Source: Myxococcota bacterium (GTDB taxonomy: Bacteria > Myxococcota_A > UBA796 > GCA-2862545). From it: 21,914 nucleotides of DNA. Position numbers and translations under genes: made by a program. The notes beneath the pieces are model-generated. The model worked only from the letters and a program-made list of their open reading frames with translations. It made no database searches and was not told where the DNA came from. Positions 8,173-14,418 of this stretch are shown piece after piece. The stretch covers positions 1 to 21,914 of the forward strand of contig JBCCQY010000161.1 in NCBI GenBank assembly GCA_039208735.1. Reading direction: 5' to 3'. Positions within the stretch are counted from its first letter, which is position 1; every line of letters starts with the position of its first letter.

Positions 8173-8749
8173 CCCTGATGTCGACGTGCGGATTCTCGAT
8201 GCAGCGCGGGCCTTGCTGCATGAGTCCGGGCTCGAGCGCCTGACCATTTCGGCGGTGGCCTCGCGAGCCGGGGTCGGTCGTCCCACGGTGTATCGGCGCT
8301 ACAACCGCCCCGATGACATTGCGATGGAGGTCCTTTACACCGACATCGATGGCCTATTGGACGAAGCCGAAGCCCGTCGCAACCCCGGGGCACCGGTGCT
8401 CGACCAACTGGTCGACCTCGCAGACCCCTTCCTCGTCTACTACAACGCGCACCCGCCGCTGTCCGCGGCGCTCCTCAAGTTGTCGATGTTTTCCGGAGGC
8501 GCTTGGCAAGCCCGTTTCGCCAACCATGCGATCGCGTGGCTCGCCGGCCTCGCCGCGGACTTCCAAACCGCCACGACCGATGGGCGCCTTCACCCCGACG
8601 TCGACACGCAAGTCCTGATGCAGACGTTCTTTGGCCTGTACCTCATGACAGCCATCGCAGGCGTCCAAGGCCTGTTCGACCTCGAGACTCAACGAATGCT
8701 CCTTCGACGGTCTTTGGCCCAGCACCTACGTGGGCTCGTCCCCGAATGA
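8144..8749 (+). CDS. TetR/AcrR-family transcriptional regulator
   Basis: GRPRDP...ILDAARALL.E.G...LTISAVASRAGVGRPTVYRRY HTH. Probable TTG start at 8144 after GGAGG (8134-8138); start uncertain. Confidence 0.9.
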   Translation: MPGPTGRPRDPDVDVRILDAARALLHESGLERLTISAVASRAGVGRPTVYRRYNRPDDIAMEVLYTDIDGLLDEAEARRNPGAPVLDQLVDLADPFLVYYNAHPPLSAALLKLSMFSGGAWQARFANHAIAWLAGLAADFQTATTDGRLHPDVDTQVLMQTFFGLYLMTAIAGVQGLFDLETQRMLLRRSLAQHLRGLVPE

Positions 8750-9202
8750 GCCCAACGTGGCCTGGAGCCGGTCCAAGAAGGGTGCCTGGGCGGGATTGAG
8801 TTTGGCGCGGGCCTGGTCAGGGACCAGCCATGCTGCTCGATCGACTTCGGGAATCGTCATCTTGCGGCCACTGCGGGGGGGCCAGTCGATCTCAATCCGA
8901 TTGGACACCAACGTCGCTGGGTCGGCATCGCCTGCCGCACCAAAGGCACGCACAAGCTTTCCACTCTTCTGACGGACCTCACCCAAATCGAGGAAGGGCC
9001 CCGCGACCGACCAACTGGTCTCTTCCTGGAACTCTCGGACGGCTGCGGTCAACGCGTCCTCACCAGGTTCGAGCAGCCCCTTGGGGATCGACCAGGCACC
9101 CAGGTCTTTCTTGGCCCAAAAGGGACCGCCGGGGTGAACGATGAGAACCTCCAAGTGGGGAACGCGTCGATAGAGCAGAATCCCCGCGCTCACCTTGCTC
9201 AT
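8726..9202 (-). CDS. NUDIX hydrolase (COG4119-like)
   Basis: SAGILLYR, HPGGPFW.KKD.GAWSIPKG, AVREFQEET Nudix box, WPPRSG...PEVDRAAW. ATG overlaps the upstream stop (TGATG at 9204-9200). Confidence 0.92.
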   Translation of the reverse strand: MSKVSAGILLYRRVPHLEVLIVHPGGPFWAKKDLGAWSIPKGLLEPGEDALTAAVREFQEETSWSVAGPFLDLGEVRQKSGKLVRAFGAAGDADPATLVSNRIEIDWPPRSGRKMTIPEVDRAAWLVPDQARAKLNPAQAPFLDRLQATLGSFGDEPT

Positions 9203-10164
9203 CACTTCCACATCGAGCGAATGAGTGCACGGTTCTCTGGCGCGGACATGCGAAAGTCTCCGTACTGAGGCTCGCCAGGAAACCACTTCCACAGAAACGC
9301 GCCCACGACCTTCGGTTCTCGCTCCAGGGCCTTCATGGCCACCTTCAGTACGATCCGCTGCACTTGCTTGCCTTTCTCGCTGCGTGGCCCCGATTGCCAA
9401 GGCTTCATGGGAGATTCGGTCGAAGCGTCGTAGCCGAGTTCCGTAAAAACGATGGGCTTGCCCGTGCGATCAGAGAGGGCTCGCATGCGGCCTAAGATGC
9501 GGTCCCAGCCGGCGGTGAGTTCCGCCTCGGTGGGCAATGGACCTGCATAGCTCTCCACCACGGGAAAATAGGCCTGAATCCCAATAGAGTCGAGGGCATC
9601 CCAAAAGCGAATCTGTTCGAACTCATCCCAATTCGCCGCATAGGTCAGCGAGCCCGGAAACTTGGCCCGAATGGACGCAACGATGCCGCGCCACTCGGTC
9701 TCTTCGCCGGACAATCGCCCCAGCTCGGTGCCGACCGACAATGCATCTGCATCACGAACGACGGCGGCCATGTTCGTCATCCACGCTTTGTAGGTTCGAA
9801 AGAAGCGTTCCCGGGCCTCGGGATCTTCGAAATCGATCTCACCCCGCCACGCAAAGGGGCTTCCCCAGTACGCCAGGTGCGGTTTGATGAGGATCTTCAT
9901 GCCGCGAGCGTGGGCCTCCTTGATGGGACGGGCGAGCCACCGCGGAGGCTTCGCCGGATCCATGGCCCGAAAGGCCACCGTGCCATCGCCGTGGATGCGT
10001 GCGTAGGGGTGGATGGCCACCCAATTCACCCCTTCCGACTTGAGTTCGTCGAGCGTCTGCACCATGGCGTCGCTCCCCCACTCGCCGCCCCAGGTCGGGC
10101 ACGACACCGTCATGCCGCGAACCTCGACTCCCAGCGCCACAGCTATGAGCCACCACCAGAGCAT
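9202..10164 (-). CDS. Glycoside hydrolase family 113-like (beta-mannanase-type TIM barrel), exported
   Basis: ILIKPHL, SVGTEL (acid/base Glu), TYAANWD, DSIGIQAYFP, KPIVFTELGY (nucleophile Glu), GAFLWKW. SD GGGAGG. Confidence 0.82.
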   Translation of the reverse strand: MLWWWLIAVALGVEVRGMTVSCPTWGGEWGSDAMVQTLDELKSEGVNWVAIHPYARIHGDGTVAFRAMDPAKPPRWLARPIKEAHARGMKILIKPHLAYWGSPFAWRGEIDFEDPEARERFFRTYKAWMTNMAAVVRDADALSVGTELGRLSGEETEWRGIVASIRAKFPGSLTYAANWDEFEQIRFWDALDSIGIQAYFPVVESYAGPLPTEAELTAGWDRILGRMRALSDRTGKPIVFTELGYDASTESPMKPWQSGPRSEKGKQVQRIVLKVAMKALEREPKVVGAFLWKWFPGEPQYGDFRMSAPENRALIRSMWK

Positions 10165-10238
10165 GGGCTACCCTCCCGAACGACGGCCCTAGGCGGCCTC
10201 ATCTTGGTTTAGACAGCGTTGAGTAACCAGGGGGGCGA

Positions 10239-11069
10239 ATGCGCATCGCGGTGGTGGGGGATGTTCATCGACAATGGACGATCGGTGACTCACGGTCGCT
10301 CGACGCTGCCAACTACGACCTCATCCTCTTCGTTGGCGACCTGCCCGGCATGCTGCACGAAGGGATGAAGACGACGGCCCAGGCCATTTCCACGTTGAAG
10401 ACCCGAACGTTGCTCATGCCGGGGAACCACGATGGGACCTCGGCGATGGGGGTGTTGGCGGAAGTCGTGGGTGGCCGTCGGAGGCCGGGGATGGCGGTGA
10501 GAGCCCAACGACGCATGGATCAGCTCCAGGACTGGCTCGGTCCCGTCGAACTCGTCGGCTACACCGCACATCCTTTTCCCGATCACGACCTGACGGTCAT
10601 CGCAGGGCGTCCTCACGCGATGGACGGTCGCCACATCAGCTTCGCGCCGGTCCTCGAGGCGACCCACGCGGTCTCGAACTTCGGCGAATCGATCGAGCGC
10701 TACTCCTCCCTCATCGAAGCCACCGCGGGTCCGCTGCTCTTCCTCGCCCACAACGGGCCTCGAGGCTTTGGCCGTGATCCGCGGGCTCCGTGGGTGGTTG
10801 CCGGACGCGACATTGGGGACCCTGACTTGGCCGCCGCGGTGCATCGCGCCCAACAACAACAGCGTCGCGTCGTGGCCTGTGTCGCCGGACACATCCACCA
10901 CCAAGGTGACCGACGGTGGTGGATCGAACAGGATGGTACGGGCTACCTCAACGCCGCCCGGGTGCCGGGCCAACGCAGCGGAGCCGGAGGGCGTGAGCGC
11001 CACCACGTGTCCCTCGAGATTGGGCCCGACCGGGTGGTGGCCACCGAGCATTGGTGGCCGGAAGCCTAG
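10239..11069 (+). CDS. Calcineurin-like metallophosphoesterase (DevT/TIGR04168-like)
   Basis: IAVVGDVH, LFVGD, PGNHD, LAHNGP, AGHIH metal-binding motifs. Confidence 0.85.
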   Translation: MRIAVVGDVHRQWTIGDSRSLDAANYDLILFVGDLPGMLHEGMKTTAQAISTLKTRTLLMPGNHDGTSAMGVLAEVVGGRRRPGMAVRAQRRMDQLQDWLGPVELVGYTAHPFPDHDLTVIAGRPHAMDGRHISFAPVLEATHAVSNFGESIERYSSLIEATAGPLLFLAHNGPRGFGRDPRAPWVVAGRDIGDPDLAAAVHRAQQQQRRVVACVAGHIHHQGDRRWWIEQDGTGYLNAARVPGQRSGAGGRERHHVSLEIGPDRVVATEHWWPEA

Positions 11070-11171
11070 AAAGCTCTGACGTAGCCACTCTGCTCAAAAT
11101 GCTGGGGAACGCAAAACTCTCTGACAGAATCGCGCCCGTCTTCCCAATCCCCGATCAGACCTGGAGGAACG

Positions 11172-12035
11172 ATGTGGGGCTGGATGATGTGGATGACGGC
11201 GCAGGCAGGATCTCCTGTCACGCTCAACTACGCCGCGCCCGTGACGTGTCCGAGCGCCGATCGCTTTGCCGACGAGGTGTCGGCTCGGCTCGGACGGCTG
11301 GCGTTCGGCAGCGACGGTGAGGCGCTAAGGGTGGAGCTCCGCGAAGGCCGGGAGCAGTGGGTCGGGCAGACGCGCCAGGGCAGTCGTGTCCGAACGGTGC
11401 AGGGTGAGACCTGCGACGCCGTGTTCGCCGACCTCGTCACCGCGGTGGCGGTGGCCTTCGACGCCCCGCCCAAGACCCCAGAAGCACCGCCCCCTCCCAA
11501 GCTCTCACCGCCAAAGGCCGCCCCACCGGAGTCGCTGACAACCTACCGCCGCGAGCATCTGCGCATTCAGGGGCTCGAGACCTACACCGTGGACGGACCG
11601 GACCAGAACCCCGCTCCTGCGATGCGGTACCAGTGGGGGGTCTACGATGGCCGTGAACGCTTGCTGAACACGAGGGAGTTCCTGCAAGCCGCAGGTGATT
11701 CCCAGCTCCTCGATGCATTCGAGCGCAAGCACAAGCGCCAGAACACAGCGGCCGCCACTCTGATGACCATCGGAGCGGGGTTGAGCCTCGGCGCCCTCAC
11801 GAGCAGCTTGGCCAACCTCGACCGGGACGTCACCGCAACAGAGGGCGTGGCCATCATGAGCGGCGCGGTCCTGGTGAGCGCCGGGGCGTTCATGGTGGTG
11901 GACCGGCGTCAGAAGATGGTCTACGTCCACCGCAATATCGAGTTGGAAGTTGCGGAGCGCCTGGCGGACGAGCACAACGAGCGCCTGCGGCAAGAGCTTG
12001 GTCTAACCGCGGCCGAAGCGGCGGCCCTCGATTGA
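11172..12035 (+). CDS. Hypothetical membrane protein upstream of the ECF sigma
   Basis: SD GGAGG; N-terminal Cys-pair domain (CPS...F...V.ARLG ... C), Pro-rich linker, two C-terminal hydrophobic segments. Confidence 0.75.
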   Translation: MWGWMMWMTAQAGSPVTLNYAAPVTCPSADRFADEVSARLGRLAFGSDGEALRVELREGREQWVGQTRQGSRVRTVQGETCDAVFADLVTAVAVAFDAPPKTPEAPPPPKLSPPKAAPPESLTTYRREHLRIQGLETYTVDGPDQNPAPAMRYQWGVYDGRERLLNTREFLQAAGDSQLLDAFERKHKRQNTAAATLMTIGAGLSLGALTSSLANLDRDVTATEGVAIMSGAVLVSAGAFMVVDRRQKMVYVHRNIELEVAERLADEHNERLRQELGLTAAEAAALD

Positions 12036-12084
12036 AGCGCATTCGGCGAGTTGCCACGCCGGACCTGGCCCCTTACTGCGCCGC

Positions 12085-12594
12085 GTGACAGGTCCTTCCC
12101 TCCCAGCGAAGGTGTTGTCGGACATCTACACGGAGCACTTCGCCTTCGTGTGGCGCACGCTTCGTCGCCTTGGTGTCGACGCTCGTCATGCCGAGGATCT
12201 GGCGCAAGAGGTGTTTGTCGTCGTCCACCGTCGTTGGGCGACGTATGACTCGACCCGTCCCCTCAAGCCGTGGTTGTTCGGCATCACCTACAACGTCACC
12301 CGCGATCATTGGCGTCGGGCCTCCACCCGTCACGAACGCCTGGCCGAACCCGAAGATCGCGGCGACAGCGACCCCCGATTTCGCGCTATCGAGGCGAGGG
12401 AGCTGGTCTACCTTGCCCTTCAGCGCCTGCCGGAGGAGCGCCGCACCGTGTTCGTGCTCTACGAACTCGACCATGTGCCCATGAAGGAGGTGGCGGAGCT
12501 CCTTCAGATCCCCCTCGATACCGCCTACTCGAGGCTTCGTGTGGGACGAGAAGAATTCCGGAAGGCCGCGACGCGCCTGCAGAGGGAGGGATGA
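12085..12594 (+). CDS. ECF RNA polymerase sigma-70 factor
   Basis: Region 2: FVWRTLRRLGV...AEDLAQEVF, WLFGI. Region 4: LPEERRTVFVLYEL...EVAELL.IP..TAYSRL. GTG start uncertain. Confidence 0.93.
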   Translation: MTGPSLPAKVLSDIYTEHFAFVWRTLRRLGVDARHAEDLAQEVFVVVHRRWATYDSTRPLKPWLFGITYNVTRDHWRRASTRHERLAEPEDRGDSDPRFRAIEARELVYLALQRLPEERRTVFVLYELDHVPMKEVAELLQIPLDTAYSRLRVGREEFRKAATRLQREG

Positions 12595-13229
12595 GCATCC
12601 GCAACCTCGATCCGAAACTTCGGCAGTTCCTCGATGAGGAGACCAATGCCCCGGTCCCTGACCTCGCGGAGCGGCAGGCTCGCGTGTGGCAGGGGATCGA
12701 AGCCCGGTTGGGGTTCGAGCCTCAGAGCTCTGAAGAAGTCGGCGACGTGGCCGCCTCGGCCACGAGGAACCTCGTCCCCGCCGTGGTGAGCGCGGCGCTG
12801 GGGGGTGTCGCGTTGGGCTTTGGTCTTGGGGTGTGGTTGTCGACCCGTCCGCTGCCGGATCCCGTAGGGCCCGACGTACCCATCGAGGTCCTGGGTCCAC
12901 CGCCGTTGCCAGCTCCGCCGCCGGTTCGTCCCTCTCCGGAGCCTGTCGCCCCCGCCCCGGCCGGGCGCACGCGGGAGCGGGCTCTGATCGAGCGAGCGCG
13001 CGTCTCCCTCAACCGCAACGACCCCCAAGAGGCATTGGTGACCTTGATGGGCCATGCGCGAGAGTTTCCCGCGGGCAAGCTCGTCGAGGAACGCGAACGA
13101 TTGATGATCCAGGCCTTCGATGCAGCCGGCCGTTCCGACGAAGCGCGGGAGCGTGCGGCGTCCTTCGTACGTCGCTTCCCAAACAGCGTGCATCTGCCGT
13201 TCGTGCGGAGGGTTCTGTCCGCCGACTGA
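12591..13229 (+). CDS. Putative anti-sigma factor (one TM, Pro-rich linker, TPR-like C-terminus)
   Basis: ATGA overlap with the sigma stop and SD GGGAGG. TM AVVSAALGGVALGFGLGVWL. C-terminal FP.G.L.EERE.L.I.A...F..RFPNS helical motif. Confidence 0.75.
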   Translation: MSIRNLDPKLRQFLDEETNAPVPDLAERQARVWQGIEARLGFEPQSSEEVGDVAASATRNLVPAVVSAALGGVALGFGLGVWLSTRPLPDPVGPDVPIEVLGPPPLPAPPPVRPSPEPVAPAPAGRTRERALIERARVSLNRNDPQEALVTLMGHAREFPAGKLVEERERLMIQAFDAAGRSDEARERAASFVRRFPNSVHLPFVRRVLSAD

Positions 13230-13273
13230 TCGACCGACGGGGACCGACCAGGGCGAGGCGAGTATCTGACGGT

Positions 13274-13885
13274 CTAAAAGCCTGGGGTCTCGTCCTGCAG
13301 GTAGGCGAGTTCCTCAGGGGTCGAAGTCCGCTCCAGTACGATGTTGCGGTGCGGATACCGCCCAAAGCGATCGATGATCTGCTTGTGTTCCACAGCGTGG
13401 TTGAGCACGCGTCGGTAGTAGTCGAGCCGAGGTGAACCGGCCGCTGCCACCTCTTCGACGAGTTCGCCCAACATCGCGGTCGCCCGTGAATGGCTCGCTC
13501 GGTCTTCGGCATGCACGAGTGGCATGAGCAAAAAGGTGCGCTGGATGGGCGACATGGATGCCACCCATCCCAGGTCAAGCGCTCGCTGGGTGAGGGCACG
13601 GGCGCGCGGATCGTTCGCGTAGGCCTGGCGCTGACCCCGGTAGACGACCCGCGAGAACTGATCGAGCACGATCACACAGGCCAAAAGGTCCTCGGGACTG
13701 TCACTCCATGCACGCCATCCCTCGTGCACAAGCTCGGTGTGCAACGCACCAAAGCGATCCTGAATCGTCCGATCCACTTCCGGCACTTTGCCCCACCAGC
13801 GGATGGTCTGGGGGTCAGAGTCGGCCAGGGGAAGCGCATCGTCCCAATCGCCAAACCAAAACGTCAACACATCGGCCGCGGTCAT
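13274..13885 (-). CDS. DUF924 family protein
   Basis: VLTFWF, D..I..RF, VIVLDQFSR..YRG, FLLMPLVHAED, H..II.RFGRYPHRN.VL.R.STPEE. Start ATG 13885. Confidence 0.93.
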   Translation of the reverse strand: MTAADVLTFWFGDWDDALPLADSDPQTIRWWGKVPEVDRTIQDRFGALHTELVHEGWRAWSDSPEDLLACVIVLDQFSRVVYRGQRQAYANDPRARALTQRALDLGWVASMSPIQRTFLLMPLVHAEDRASHSRATAMLGELVEEVAAAGSPRLDYYRRVLNHAVEHKQIIDRFGRYPHRNIVLERTSTPEELAYLQDETPGF

Positions 13886-13905
13886 GGTCCCTTCTACCCT
13901 CCGCG

Positions 13906-14412
13906 TCATGAAACGGGTGGCCGCGGACGAAGCACGTCTACGATGGAAAACCGACCTGGGCGCATGGCGTCTGACCAATGCTCCTGATCGGTACGCAAAA
14001 GCACCGCGTTGGCGGTCGTCATCACGACCGTAGCGTCCGTAAGGTATTGGACCACGTCTTCGCATCCTGGATTGTGCGCCAGCGTGAGCAACGTGCGGGC
14101 TTCACCATGCTCGGAAATCACGATGGCTTCGAAGTCCGCCACACTTGGATGGTAGAGCTGACGTGAGAATTGCACGTTCGGGGCAGGATCGAGGAAATCA
14201 GCCATTCCTTGCCACGTTTCTCGCGTTCGCGTGCTGTCCGAAGACAACACACGCTCCGGGGTCCAGCCTCGGGTGGCGAGCGTCCGGGCGATCACGGGTG
14301 CATCGCGACGACCGCGTGCGGTCAGCGGTCGCCCGTGATCCGGGGCATCCGTCTGGGCGCCTTCACTCTTGGCATGACGCATGACGATGAGGCGGAGTCC
14401 ACGAGGTTCCAT
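13906..14412 (-). CDS. sixA: SixA-like histidine phosphatase
   Basis: LIVMRHAKS, DHGRPLT.RG, SSD..RTRET, AHNPG, MTTANA. Confidence 0.88.
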   Translation of the reverse strand: MEPRGLRLIVMRHAKSEGAQTDAPDHGRPLTARGRRDAPVIARTLATRGWTPERVLSSDSTRTRETWQGMADFLDPAPNVQFSRQLYHPSVADFEAIVISEHGEARTLLTLAHNPGCEDVVQYLTDATVVMTTANAVLLRTDQEHWSDAMRPGRFSIVDVLRPRPPVS

Positions 14413-14418
14413 GCACGC

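Noticed and set aside
10851..10862. CAACAACAACAG microsatellite
   Set aside because: Only four Gln codons in frame; too short to suggest phase variation.
11074..11141. CTCTGAC direct repeats (11074, 11119) and a GGAAC...CGTC ECF-like promoter
   Set aside because: The repeats are short, and the GGAAC-CGTC spacing (26 nt) is too long for an ECF promoter.
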